This document shows positions 41,317 to 55,637 of a stretch of 64,000 nt of DNA, piece after piece. The stretch spans positions 8,866,001-8,930,000 of the forward strand of contig OZ365111.1 of the NCBI GenBank assembly GCA_977030845.1, written 5' to 3'. Origin of the DNA: Fimbriosthenelais zetlandica (taxonomy: Eukaryota). Both the position numbers and the translations under genes were made by a program. Below the pieces are notes generated by a model, which had not been told where the DNA came from, did no database searches, and saw only the letters and a program-made list of their open reading frames with translations. The number at the start of each line of letters is the position of its first letter. Positions within the stretch are counted from its first letter, which is position 1.

Positions 41317-43043
41317 TTCTGTACATGGGCGGTGGCCGAGTGCACATGCATCGATATTCCCCGCCACAAGATGGCTTGACGAGCGACTGTCATGCCAGCA
41401 GCCTACTTGTTGTCTACCCTCACCGGAAATGGGCCCCTTCCGGTAGACATGCGAGGATCCGAGGCGTTTAAATATGTCATCAAAAAGGCCAATATCAAGG
41501 TGAACGGGGGCTCAGCGTGAGAAGAGAACACATTTCGTCAACTGAGTCCTTGGTGAAAGTACAACAAAGGGTATAGAAAAGAAGGCATTCAGCACCATAC
41601 TAGCTAGATCTCTGAAGTTGTTTTTATGAACAACACTGGTTCAATATACCTCAAAGAATTATCCAAAGGCTGGAGTTGGACCAAATCATGGATAAAATAT
41701 TGATACGGAACGTGTTTTGGTAGATGTATGCAGAATACATTTTACTGGATATATCTATAAAAGGCCTGATGTGGGGGCGAAGCATGCCCATACTAATTAT
41801 GTCTATTCCCCTTATTGAATTTCGAATGTGTCAAGTAAGAAATAGCATAGTATCAGTTCGTATCAATGACACATCATTTTTTGCATATTTTCCAGGAACT
41901 ATAAATAAAGATGCAGCTTCTATAAAGTGGCCATTATAGCATCCATGGTTTGTGGTCCAACAACAAACAGGGAAATTGATTCTTCTAGTAGTATACTGGA
42001 AGAGAAGCCTGTCACCAAAAGGCAGAATAATCAGCAGGGAGCTGAATGTATATGCTTGACCATCCAAGGTTAACTTGTATCTATAGGATCTATGGCAGCC
42101 CCTCGTACAACCTCTAACCTACCCTGACACAGAAAGTCATTGCTCTATATATATTCTATCTTCTCTATTTTCCAATGAAAACTGACAGTAAGTCCTCCGC
42201 TCCTACCTTTGTTTGAAAGTATAACCAACTGGTGTTGGTTTTTGCGAAATAATGAAAATTCAGTTGTCGACGATTCAATTTATTGTTGACGATGCTATTA
42301 TTGTTACCCGTGGTCATTTACTCAGCCCGAATACGTGGTAAAACCTTTACTAGGAAGCAATCTTCTAGATAGATTCTAGGACTTCGTTTAATACCATGAT
42401 TATACTCATTACAAGCGCATAATGAAACATATTCGGCAGAATCGGCAAAATCAAGAATCCACAATCTGCCCATTGTACAACCAGGTGCTATCTATGCATA
42501 TAAACTCAATGGACGCGTATTCGTTGTGCAATGTACCAACATGAATGTATACGTTGAGGGCATGTGAGGGACCCAAGGGAACAGCTGCCCTCAGATCTAG
42601 AGAACAATCCACGGGTAATTTAATAGACATTTGTTCTTATCTCATCTAATGTTTATTCCTTCCTTTAAGATATCAATATACAAGTGAGGGCGTATTCAGG
42701 AGGTTTTCGGAATAGGACTAGAATACTGGGAGGCTCTATCTTTTTCTTATAGCTTCATATTTCCGACTACTTCTTCACCTTCCTTTCTCTACAAATCATT
42801 TCCCCAATGTATTTTCTCCTATATCTATGTGACATATATCAAATGGCGCAGACGTTCATAATGGATAGGGCAATATATAAAATTTACGTTAAAAGTTATG
42901 ATCCTCTCCTCAGTATTTCTTTTTCATTTCCTGCCCAAATTGTTCATAAATGTTTTTGCTGCCAGGAATATAACTCCTTCCTTACAAAAACTAGCACCTA
43001 TTTGTTATTCAAAGCTAAAGGTTTTTGAATTCCAACATTCGAA

Positions 43044-43088
43044 AGGTATTTTTCTATGAATTTCTAGGTACTTTTCTATGAATTTCTA
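43044..43088 (+). repeat. About 22-bp tandem duplication
   Basis: aggta(t/c)ttttctatgaatttcta occurs twice in tandem. Confidence 0.8.
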
Positions 43089-46000
43089 TTATCTACATGA
43101 ACTTGCAATAATAAACTATATATGAAAGTATCTATAGGACTATACTTTCTATCATTTACCCAAGTCTTTCCTTATTCTCTCAGTATTGAACAGTGCCCAG
43201 ACTGCTCAGTTCTGATCCATTAAATCTAACTATTCCCTTGCACAGGACTCTTCCCACCTGTCAGTATAAGTGTGTGTCACTTGTGAGCAAGGCCTAATGG
43301 CTTTCAATTACCATCACTTGGATAATCATCTTACGGGTCTGCCTGCACCACCAAATATGCAGACAACTTCAGCTCTCTTGTGACTTGATTGCTGAAGTGG
43401 TTCAGTTTCTCTTCCTTGCATGTTTGACCAGCAAATATGAACTGCAAATGAAGAGAGGTGCCGACAGAGAGTCAGAGAGAAGGTATGAGAGGAGGAAAGA
43501 CTTTTTTACTTGGATTTCGCAGGTCTACTGCTTCACTAACCCTTCTTTCCTACCCTTAAGATTACAGTATATGATTTATTGCTTTCCTAAGAATATGTGT
43601 CTCAGGGCAATGTGTCAAGTAAAGTTGAAGGAAAGATATGGTGAAATATAACATGATGCATAAAGATAAAATATTATTGTATAGATTAGAAATAACCTTC
43701 AGATTCTGCTTCATTTTTTATATTAAAACCAGAGGTAACACAGGTAAAAGTCACGTTATCGAAAAGCCTCTTTTGCACATGACATTAGTTAGTGTGATTT
43801 GCATCTTTATTCTGAAACTTGCCCCAGGCCTGCAATAGAATATGGCAGAGATGTTCCATCAACTTCTGGCATGGTCTTCAATCACTCAAGTAAAAACAAG
43901 GAAGATGCAATAAAGGCAGATCGAATGAGATTTAAAGGCAAATAGTTCTCCATCTAGCTTCTGTCTTCTTTAACCATACATACAGAAGCGTAGCTGGCTT
44001 CGTTCCATTGTAAACATAATCAAAGGCCTTACTGCTAATGGCAATGGAACTCTATTTTCCATTGACTATGTGATGGTTTTCAGCAATAAAATCCTATTGT
44101 CCCAAATGTTCTAATTACCTCTGAGAGTGTTGGCTTTTTTATGGCAGACAGTCGTCTCCAAATGCTTTTTGCACTTGTATTTTTCACATGCCTTACACAA
44201 TCAAATATCTCTCTTATGTGGTAGGCGTATTATACTGAGGGCAATGGTCTCTATTCAAAGGCTGGCTCCTTCTTTAGCTGTACATTCCGTACATTGTCGA
44301 TATAAATGATGTGTTCAAACTTTAGCAGTTTTAGTTCTTAAGAGTAATGATCGAAAAATGGTTAGAAAAAAGTTATTGGTTCTGCTTTCTTAAGTACCCA
44401 AGATCTTCTATAATGGTTGAACTATCTCATCTAATATCAACACATGTTTCTGGAAATTGATTCAAAGTCAAGTCAGACTGGCACCTAAAAGGTTCTCTGG
44501 ATGGAACAGATTGCTCAAGCTCTATAGTAAGATAAAAATTGAATTTGTTCCTGTAGGGGACCCGATGAATCGCCAACAAAAAGAAGTAAAAGGATTACTC
44601 AGTCTGTGCAGACAATTTAGAAAGATCCAGACAATGTCGCATTAATTTTTTATATGGCCCCGCTATACATTGTCTGTAGATGGCTGCATGGGCACAATTT
44701 AGCTCTTTGATCAGCAGACGTTAGTACTATATAACTATTGTCTAGAAATATTTGCCTAGAAGGCCAGCTTCAAAAAGTACCAGAGGGCAGCTTATGGGAA
44801 AGTTTCATTAAAAGATTTTCCCACGCTTTCAGGATGTCTGGAAAATTTGTATTGTTTCACAAAGTTTTCATTTCGAAAAAAAGAAAACATTTATACTTAT
44901 AGAATGAGAATCTGAAAAGTGTGCCGAGTGCTCCCAAAAATACAGACAGGCATGGACAATTCGGGAAAATTCCAGGCAGACTTCAGATAAAACAAATGAC
45001 AGAATGATCTTTCTTTTTTTTTTTAGAAATAATTCAATCTATGCTAAGTGGCCCAATCCCGAATCCCCCTTCGAGCTCAGAAGTGAACTAATTATTTGAA
45101 AAGCTCTTTCCGTTCTGATGGAATCAATCACAGTGGACTTGTCAATTGTGAGTTAAGGATGAACAGATACGCAGACTGAAAATGTCTCAAAGGAATCTAT
45201 ATATGGAGGATGATGAAGGTAGTAAATTCAAAGCTGAAGTTTCGTCGTCATCATTCGACCTACGATCAAATGGAAATTTCGTGGAAGTATTCATACCACA
45301 TGAAAGATTTTACACAAGATGACACAAAGATCCATGCAACGGATTGATTCCTCCAACTTATAAAAGTTAACTAGCAGAAGTATTCTTTCAGTAGAAATAT
45401 ATTGAAGAAAAAAGAACAGCAGGAATAGGAGGATTGATGCGAGTGCAAACGGTGAACTCGTATCCCTCTCTTTTCCTCATGGTCAAAAAGCACTTGTGTT
45501 TCAATATTTGAACAATTAGAACAGAGAGCCCGTTGTGTATTCAACCCAGAGTATAAAATAGAAAATTGAAGAAATCACGAGCTTTCCAAACAGGCGGACT
45601 TTCTGATATTGATGAAGGCGGCTGATGATGTCACGGATTAACAGAGAGGGATGCGACTAGTAGAAGATTGTGTACTGGTTACGGCCAGTTACAATTTGCT
45701 TGGTACATGCCTAGGATTTAATAATTAACGTGTCAATATTAAGTCAGAGGGGCAGGTGTGTGGGTTGGACAAATAGGAGGACATGGCCCGCCCCCATGGA
45801 TCTCTTTCTAAACCAATACTTGCCCATCGATCAATATGGGGTATTGCTCTATTGGTTGAATGATACATTATTTTTAGTCTTTTTCAATAATGAAATTATG
45901 GAAGGGCCTCAGCTCCAATGATAGATTACAAGAACAGATCTATATTATTCTGTTGTCTGGACCAAAAAAAAAACAATATATATATGAGTTACCAGATGGA

Positions 46001-47585
46001 AGCAGCTTCCAATAACCATGGCTATCGCGAACCAATCACATCAATAATTAACTGATGCCATGCTCCACACTAATCACTGCCTAATAAAAGACAAGAACTG
46101 GCTTATTTTGATGTAGGATATGGTAAAGGCATTTAGTACCAGTGGTGGGCACAGGTGGGAACTAGGACGATTCATATAGTACCACTTATTTTATCTCATC
46201 CCTTCTGAAGCAGGACATAAAAAACGGCTAGCTTTTATTGCCTTCATTCCGTGCATAGAATATGATATTGCCAAGATATATATTTCGCAATGACATCAAA
46301 GGTCATTTAAGAAAAAATGTCTACTCGGAGACGTGCGATCAAAACGGACCAAAGCCTACTGAAAGACAAGAATAAAGTAATGCAGGTCTACTATACGCCT
46401 GCGTTACAATCTACAAACTTATAACTTGGCGAGATTGTTCAATCTTCAAAACAGTATAACAACTTTAGGTTTAATGAACTGGGTGAGAAATATTTCATTT
46501 TGTCTATGTATTGGACTTCGAAATGTAAACACCTAAATGAAAACGTTAGAAGTAGTTGAAAAAAAATTAATCTCGGTGGGACCACCACTTCATGCATGCT
46601 CTCTCTTCCCTTACTTGAGATCCGTTTTCTCATCAGAATCCACTCACAATCACTTTTTAAACATTTCTCATAACTCCTTAGTTATTGCCAAGTGTTCCTT
46701 ATGCCCAGATATTATGGATATTTTTTTTTCATTCGGATGGAACCTCACCAATTTTTGTATTAACCAAGTTTGAAAATCTTGCAATCTTTAAAATATATTA
46801 GATATTTTTATGCACCATTTTTAAAGGGGAACGACCCATACAGATTTAACTCGCTCATCGATAAGCTAGACATAGTCACTTTCCCTTGCAAAAGATTTTC
46901 TCGAAGTCCTGTACAACCGACCAAGCTAGTGTAACAATAGTGTATAGGGTCCCCTTGTATAGTGTAAGGGGACAGACACAGCCTACCTTCTCCCACCCTC
47001 TAGCTGGAGTGCCTCAGGCCAAAAGCAGCCCGTCCCTAACCTTGGGAAGTGCTACCAACTCCACCGAAGACAAATGCTTTTCTATTTCACTGTACCTGGC
47101 GGCAAAATGAATCTTTCATTTCTCATTACTAAAGACTCAGAGCCAGTAGCAAAGACCAGGGAGGCGGGAGTGGGTACTGATGCTGCAGTCCACACCAAGC
47201 AGATCAGACAAAGGACTGTTATACAGTTATTTTAAAGGAAAAGTCTAGCCAAATTTAACATGGGGGCTCAATAGAATGCTTATTAATAACCAAACCTTTG
47301 GTGCTAAACCCACTCCAATAGTCGTCTCTGTTTAGAAGAATAAAAGTTAAGGGGATCCAAACCCATAACTTTCCCATGACTTTTCAAAACTAAAACAAGG
47401 AAATTTGATTTTTTTTTCATAAGGTTACGGTTCTCGGTAATATAGATATTATAAATTTTCTTTTTTTGCCCAACCTAATAGGCTATGAACATTAGTGTAC
47501 CACATCTTCAGTAGCCATTGCATAATGTTGATTTTCCATAATATTTCAGGAGCTTGCCAAAAATTCCAAAGCTAAAATTGAGATG

Positions 47586-47765
47586 CTTCCATAAGTGTTT
47601 TAAGAATTTCCATAACCACCATTCCATTCGAAACCATTGAAACCCTGTAAGTGTAAGCTCCCCGTGCAGGAGTCGACGAGTCAGACTTGCCCAAGTGTAG
47701 ACATTCCCCACACACTCCAGCATCAGTTTTTTTTCTAACTGCAATTCAGGAAGGAGAACTGAAGG
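47586..47765 (-). pseudogene. Possible RTE-type LINE ORF 3' relic
   Basis: ORF 47508-47864 contains SVLL, LEKKL, TWASLT and FRMEWWLWKFLKHLWK. These resemble pieces of the RTE post-RT consensus SVLLYGxETWTLTKxLEKKLEAFEMWxWRRxLxISW, but spacing and order are imperfect. Confidence 0.2.
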
Positions 47766-50700
47766 TGTGAGGCATTTCTCTCGGCATTGTGTCTGATGGT
47801 TTAGGATTGCTTTAACACCTGCCAGAAATGAGCTGCAGGTCCAACTAGCACTCCACATGCCCATACATTACTTCATTGCTAAATGTTAAAAAACATCTTT
47901 GCACTTCCCTCCCCTGTGTCTGACCCAAGGAAGGCTGTAAACAACTTACCAAAGCTTAAAAGGCAATAATGTTAATGGCCTCAATGTTCTTGTAAATTTG
48001 AAAACAGTTTTCTAATATAATCCAGATATTTTGCCTGTATTATACGGCAACCATGCAATTGTTATATTTCAATTTATAGGCTAGCACACGTATGTACCAA
48101 CAAAATTATCATAATATATGGAATTGTTGCTTCAGGCGTTATAATCTACTGACTGTTGACAAAAGACTGAACATAAAGAGTTTTATAACTTTCTTAAAGG
48201 TAATTACATCCATATATGAGAGGTGTTTCATTTCCTTTCTAGAAATGTTATCAGATATCCCCATAGTAACCAGGAAAAAACTGACGACACCACGGGGGTA
48301 AAATGAGATCGAAACACCCTGCAGAGAGAAGATCTCTCTATTAGAAATATACAGCTACTTGATTAGTTTCTCTTCATTTCATCCTTGGCTCAGATGACAG
48401 TGAATACTTTATGCTTATTCGACTTTATTAGTAAGGTGCATCATTCCCAGTAGGTTTTACAAGTAAAAAGATCCAAGACGATGCAAAACAGAGCCACATT
48501 CTTCCTTTTCAACCTTGGACCATTATAAAGAGTTGTTAATAGAATTTAATAGGATTTCTCACACAGTGACAATTGAAATAACATGCAGTTAAAATATAGG
48601 AAGCTATAGTGTACTGCACCAAGATTCCCCAGCTAAGCATTAATGAATATCAGCCTAATTATCATAGGGAAACTTTGTAAATGCTGCCATCGAGCTTGGA
48701 GGAAAAAAACACACATTTTACTATGACTTATATCTTTATGTTCAAGTTATAAAATAAACTCTCGTTAGTTCACAGTTTCGCATTGTTAACCTATCACTGC
48801 CGTGAATGTAGATGTTTTTCCCTACTTTAATGAAGAACAAGTCCAATTGAAAATCTTTTCATAAAACACTTAAACATCCAGACACATGCTTTGTTTTACA
48901 GCCAATTACACTCGAATTGCTTTTCCATATTCACATTTTCCTGTCTGAAAGAAACAAGTGCGAAAACGAGAAATGACTCTCAAGCTAGGTTTTTCTTTGA
49001 AACTAGAGGACGTTGCATACGACACGGACCTGCGACCAGGCTCATAAAATTAAAGGGGAATCGTGAGAGGTAATTACAGGATGTGTGCGAGTGAAATATC
49101 TTGTTTTGCAGCAGTTATTTTGCAGGCACTCCTCCTTCTCTACAATTTTTCAAAATTATGTAGACGTTCTCAAAATCTTTTAACATATTGCACTATTTTA
49201 ACAAGGGGCAACAAATACGTTATTGTATGAATGTGTAAACTTTAATCACTTCCTTAAATCATGGCGGCTCACCCATCGCACTACAGTGAGGTATTATACC
49301 TATGACTTGGACTGATAACACTATCGGTCATGATCAAATATTTGCATGAGGAAATAAGCTCATGTTTTATAAGGCCCCACATTGCACATATACAGTCTTT
49401 GGTTCTATCATAGCCCGTCCTGAGATCTGTTTCTTTTTAAATCCTAAATTAATTTCCATGACCAGGGAATAACCATAGCGTGGTGAATAGAGGATGAACG
49501 CTGGAGATTTCCCTTGAGTTGGGCTACTAAGCTTCGAGAGCTGGCTTTTATCTACACTCTTTCCACTGCCTAGGGGACGATTTGAAGGGTAAAAAGTATC
49601 GGAGTATACTTACTTTATTGATCTCTATCACACATACCTCCTTTGTGAACTTGGTTTTATTCGGGATTATTTCATTGGAGGTTTGAACAATAAAATTTAT
49701 TACAATCATCCATATCTTCAGGATATAAACCACCTCTATGCATGTGCCATTAGAAAAAGGTAATGGTGCATGTGAGTGAGTTAAAACTGCACAGCCCCTA
49801 TACATTGTAGTTATAAAACATCTAACTTCTCCAAAGGAATCAAGATGATCTACAAAAAGTGATTTCCTTCCAAATTCTATTTTCTCTGTCAAACGGCAGG
49901 AAAATCAATTATGTTCTTGGAACCCAAGAGTCATCCCAACCTCTTCTCGCATATATGAGTCACTGATGCTGCTAATTTTGACAAATGGGGAAATGTTGTT
50001 GTTCACAGCCAGTATCTTTAATCAAGTTAATATATACAACATCCAAAAGTGAGTGAGGTCCTGGATATGAGAAACTATATTTAGGAGTACATATGTATCA
50101 TATCATGTATCATATATACATATCATTGTGAGGAGATACAAATCTCTTTTCTAAAGCAGGTCCAAAAACATTTTAAACGAATCGAATGGAACTTAATGGG
50201 ATATAAGCATGACTACATGCTATGATGCAGAACCCTCAGGCTGCAACACTCAGTCTACAGTATCAGTCGGGGTAGGCAGGTAGATGGACAGCAGCTGGAA
50301 GGCAGTTGGGTAACTTAAGTATGCCGGCTATTTCAAACCAGAAGCATTTGACTTGCCATAGTCTGAGCACCCTATGCAATTTTCCCGTAAGGAGTCTTCA
50401 ATGCATGGCAGGTTCACCAGACACCTAGTTCCGGACCGGCCTGTGGGGGCGCTAGCGGGGGGCATTCCCTTATGCACTAGACCCATGCACAGACACAGAT
50501 ATCTACTTATGCTTTCCCCCAATCAGCCAAGGTCGTAAGTGCATTGATACAGCCCTCTCCCTTCGAGTCAGCATCCAGCAAAATAAATTGGTGCGAGTCT
50601 AGACGGGGACTGTGAGGAGGCAAGCCTTATGTTCTTTGCCAAAGCCATAGAGAGGACTCAACTGGCCAAATACCATCCGTTATTGTCGAGAAAAAGTCAC

Positions 50701-52629
50701 TCGGCCCCTTTGTGCCATACGTCATGTGAAAAGCTGGACGACAGAAATCAATCTCCGAGCAATTGCTTTGAACCTTCAGAGAATTATGATGTATTTATTT
50801 GATACATCTCTGTGAGGGGTATTTATCTTATTGTTCAAGACCATAAATAGGCCCCACTGATAAATAGTTTACGTGGTAAAACTGGCCATATCGATCCATA
50901 GGTAAATGACCTTTGTATACAGAATCTGACTTTCCTATATAGCTTTATTCATTGTATTTTTTTTTGGATTTCCTGATACAATATCCTACAAATTTCAGGG
51001 GTTTTTAGGGTTATTGTAAGTAACTCTCAGTCAGGTTCTACCATTGGGAGAGATACAGGCGTGCATCATTAGCCAGTGCAAGGGCTAATGGCCTGCATGT
51101 AGTCCTATTTTAAAGAACATCCCTGAACCCATTCTGTCTCACCTTCATTTAACTGAAAGCCAAGGCGTACCCTGAACAGATGTCACTCTCGCATTGGGTA
51201 CTTACGTTCATTCACGCATTTTTCATTTACAAATGGGAGACTTAAACAGAGATTTAATTTAGTGAGAGACAGATTGTCCAGAAATAGAGCTTGTGTTACA
51301 GGTGAAGTGTTACAGTTCACATGTGTTTAATTGATTTATCATGGACTTTTGCAAAAAGGAACAGTTCTTTAAGACTATAGAGGAGAGATCAGAATGCCTT
51401 TGACGGGGTAATGCATAAATGAGCTGTCCAGACTTACACATCTGGAGGCACATTTCGCAGTATCCTTACTAGCTTAGTCATCAAACATTGGGCAGAATCC
51501 ACTTCATAAGGTGTGATATGCAACCACGTTTTGACATAAATACTGAATGGCAATAAGACGTCAGGGCTTCTGCACATTTCTGAGTCAGTCTTAATATAAC
51601 ATGGAAGAAACGATCCTGGGACCTAGGGTGGATTTCGATCCAAATGCTGGAACCAAATATGTGTCAGGCGTGACTCAGCAGTTTTACTCCCTGATCTTCT
51701 TGACCGGAAGTCCCCCAAGACGGAAATTAGATTAGGGGGAGAAATAGACCGTTCTCTGCTTATGTGAAGAAGAGGAAGAGGATCAAGGATCAAGGAGGAA
51801 GAAATTCATGAAATACAGTCTGAGCTATAGTTCTGACCTTAGTGGATTTCACTAAAATAATAGCCAGCTATAATGTCTCAGTGGACAGAAATAAATTCCT
51901 AAACATGATAATTCGCCCCAGAGTAAGAGATTCATGAGTTGTAGAATTATGACATCACAAGGAGTCAGATTAGCCAATCAGAATGAGGGAGGAGTTAGGT
52001 ATTGCCATTCTTCTACATAGTTGGCGCTACTGAGCTGAGACTAGAATGTCAGATGTGTGAAATTTTGGGAACCTCAGGCCTGTGAGCTCAGCATTGCCCA
52101 TGCCACATTGTATCCTGTTTTTCATGTATGTTGTATGAGATGATAATATGGTGGCCAGCAAGGTAAAGTCTACAGCGGTCGTTTTCTTGGTCAGTCTCTT
52201 TAATATAATCTCTCTTGCATATATGGGCACCACATTTTAAAAAGGCACATTTCTTCTGATGTTAGGCTACAAATAAAGACCAACGTAATGCAACTGTTAG
52301 AAACGCATGTCTCAAGTTATGTCACAATGGAAACCTAGCCACACTCCAGCATTGAATTAGAGTAGAAAATCTTATTCAAATTTGAAGTGTGACCAAGTGA
52401 GGGGGTAAGTAAAAGGGAAATCTAAGAAGGAATGATACAACTCTCCTTAAACATTTCCTTCATACAAAGATGCTTCCCCCTTTGACCTGGTGGGTTTGGA
52501 CTTCTATGACAGAATTATGACACATGGAGAAAGCTTGCCCGATCATTTCACAGCTCCTGTTCTCTCTCTTGAGCCACTCGTGTGAAGATCCCATGTTAGT
52601 TACACCACTTTATGAACTGATGTCTTGTA

Positions 52630-52852
52630 ATAGCATAGAATACACACCTCCCTCCTTCTCAGCACCTAGTATGTTCTTTAAGACAAGCCTGCTGTCAAAC
52701 TATAGACCACTGCATCATCACTGTGTCTGAAACAAGTCTGAATTTCTGTAATCATTTGAATGAAGCAGACTAACCAGTTCTAGGACGAACTGTCCTAAGT
52801 TTGTCTTTGATTTAAAGGGAACTTGCAAATAGCCAATCAGTATTGGCAAGGA
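52630..52852 (-). pseudogene. Possible L1-clade RT thumb relic
   Basis: One frame with three stops gives SLPILIGYLQVPFKSK...L*FDSRLVLKNIL...VYSMLL. This loosely resembles SLPIKYLGVPLxSK...LSFAGRLVLIKSVL...IYSM. Spacing is 42 aa versus about 34 in the remembered consensus. Confidence 0.2.
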
Positions 52853-54709
52853 TCTGAAAGTTAATTTACCTCCAATAGTCCGGTCGAAATCATTTTTATT
52901 CTCAGCATTAAAACATGGAACTAAATACCTGCCTATGTAAATCTCCAAAACATGATGGGATAGGCTTTCCTCGGGATATTTGCCAACAATACACTGACAT
53001 CCATATCCTAGTTTGGAGAGTGCGGGTCTCTATTGGCAGGCATGCATCAAGATACTGCTGCGATCTATAGACTGAGCAGGTTTTGAATTATTCACCGCCT
53101 CTTTCATGTGCTGTGAGATCTGGCACGGTGTGAGATGACATAAAATGAGTTCTTCCCCCGTGTGACACCTCTTCTTCCTCCTTGGATTCACTCACTACAC
53201 CTTCCTCTCCGGGCCTTCTTCACACCTCTTAACAAAATACTAACAAAAGGCAGCCATATATTCCATGCCCACCTCACACCGCCGCTTTCTCCCCTGGGTT
53301 GTTCTTTCTATCCACGACCATGATTATTTTGTCCCCTGGTCCCTTCCACTTTCCTCCTCCCCCCTTTTCTTCTACTCGCGATATGTTCAGTGAGGCGCTC
53401 CATGGTATATAATAAGGGGGGCTTGAATATTATCTTCCCTTTTCACTGAGCGACAATTTCCTTGTCCTTTCGTCCTCGTACACAAATCATCCTAATCATT
53501 ATGAAACATTTTTAAGCCTAATGCTTATATATGCATATTGACAGCTTTAAAAGATTCCATTCAAACAGAAGTCCTCCAATTTCCAAACTGTTTTATCAAG
53601 TCTACCCCCTTCCCACCGAGAAAGCATCCTAGACCTAGCATTGTGGAGTGCCCAGAGACAGTTTTCTTTCAGGATGGACAAATGAAGTGTGGCCAGCCAT
53701 GAACAATTACCTACAAGCATAGTGTGAGAGAGAATTCCCATCTGTATGGGCGGCAAGCACAACGCCCTTCAGATACAAGTACCCTCAGACATGGTGATGA
53801 CACACCAAGAAATATGCCTGCAGATGAAGTTGATGCAAACAGAATAGAGGACTCCGAGCCTTTCGTACAATGCTAGAACTTAATGAAAGAGTTTCAAATT
53901 TCGCATAAAAAATGGATGTGGCTATACTTCTTTGTACTTGTATTTATACTTATTTATACTTTCGGAATTTGGGAACATTATCTCCGAGAATCATAGAATA
54001 TTGGCATGACCCATCAAAATCCTTTCCATTTCACACTGAAAGCACATGATATCTATGCAGGCCTATAGTATACAGTCCATATTTCTATGGACATTTTAGG
54101 CACTGAACCGTCCCTATGAATTACAATCTCTTTTGACAATTACATACTGAAAATACTCATAATTGTTGCCCAGGGGACGCATGCCATGATAGGATTGTTA
54201 AACTGGCTGTAAACAGAGTAAATCTGAATATCCATGCATATACGAATACCTTCTATCCAATGACACTATAGACTGTTTTGCATTGGCATGAGCTACCCAC
54301 ACGGAAAGCATTTATATGCATTTGTATCTCGAATTGTTTACATTGCTTGATATGAATATGGCATTAATCTTTAATGGTTCGGAGTAGACTGTTCAAGGGA
54401 GTATGAATGTGGCTCAGTTATTAGATAGCAAGCCAAGATTTACCATTAGGACCATGGAAACAACGTATGAAGCTTAGACGGTTACATTCATGGTAGCTAC
54501 ATTATATCGGCTCTGTTTGTCGGGGAGTGCTATCATTAAACAGTAGCATGCTGCATGTCCCAACGATTCACACAATGAAAGATATTTGATTCATAGTAAG
54601 ACAGTTTTAGTAGAATTTTCCACCAATCGACTGGGAAGATTGGGACTCATGAAAAAGGCATTGATCAAAACTGGCTTATGTAACAACATAGGTATACTGC
54701 ATAAAGCAT

Positions 54710-55160
54710 GGTTCACACTGGTCAAACCGATGACCATTTTCTGTCCTGTTCCCGCCTGAGTCTGCAAATTGCAGGCTCGGATGAAACATAGTCCGCAAGG
54801 TCACAATTTACACAGGGTTTCCACATGTTTTCTGCACAATCCATGCACAGGGTTTCTGCATAGTTTCCGCACATGCAAATGTGATTTCCCTCACATTTAT
54901 ACAGGCTGGACTGCTGTGCGGAAAGCCACCGGCATCCGCATGCGCATAAGGGCAGCGGGTCTGCAGTCGAATATGGAAACAGGGCGAAACATTACGAGGA
55001 GTATCGGCTTACCTACACACATTTTGTAAAATTCGGAGTGCGGATTTAGGCGGACAGATCTGGCAGACCAGCGACAACCACACTGCACCTCTGAACCACC
55101 ATCTGTTGGACCAAACAAACTGCCTTTCCAACCACACACCGTCCCATACAAATGTCCGGC
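54710..55160. mobile_element. Degenerate MITE-like repeat rich in TCCGCA/TGCGGA
   Basis: Starts with GGTTCACACT. It has five exact TCCGCA/TGCGGA words (54792, 54866, 54917, 54935, 55039) and a CACAGGGTTT direct repeat (54811, 54846), and is GC/CpG richer than its flanks. It resembles non-autonomous DNA elements common in frogs. No matching right TIR was found. Confidence 0.4.
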
Positions 55161-55623
55161 GGCGGTAGTGATATATTAAAGCACAAATTGATTTGAGCAT
55201 GGTTTAGGAATGGCTTTGAAATACAATTTTCCTGCCTTCAGATGATTCCTTTGGTGGCGGAGTCAGCCCAGTGAGACTCAATATAGTCTTTTCTTTCTTT
55301 AGAAAATTCATATCATATACGTTCTATATGAAGGCCTGTATAGTATATCAAAATCTAATGGTCCTTTCCATGAGAAAATGGGATGATTAGAATCTGTCAC
55401 GGAAAGACCTCATAATCAAGGGAATGAGTGCAGGCTATACATATATCCAGACAGCCTATCATGTAGCCTATGTGTTAATACACTGTAGGGAGTCTTCTCG
55501 AAAAATGATCGATTTTGCCAAAAATGATATGTATTGCAATATAAATCGCATAAAATATATGAAACATTTTGGGACAATTTTTCTAAACTAAGTACTTATC
55601 GGGAACGCACTGCTCTGAGCAGC

Positions 55624-55637
55624 TCAGCAGGGGGCAT
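55624..55637 (+). promoter_or_regulatory. CTCF-like core motif
   Basis: TCAGCAGGGGGCAT versus consensus CCASYAGRKGGCRS; only the first and last positions mismatch. Confidence 0.3.

Noticed and set aside
46949-46973. Hairpin GTCCCCTT/AAGGGGAC as a terminator
   Set aside because: No U-tract, no upstream gene, eukaryote-like context, and an 8-bp stem is expected by chance.
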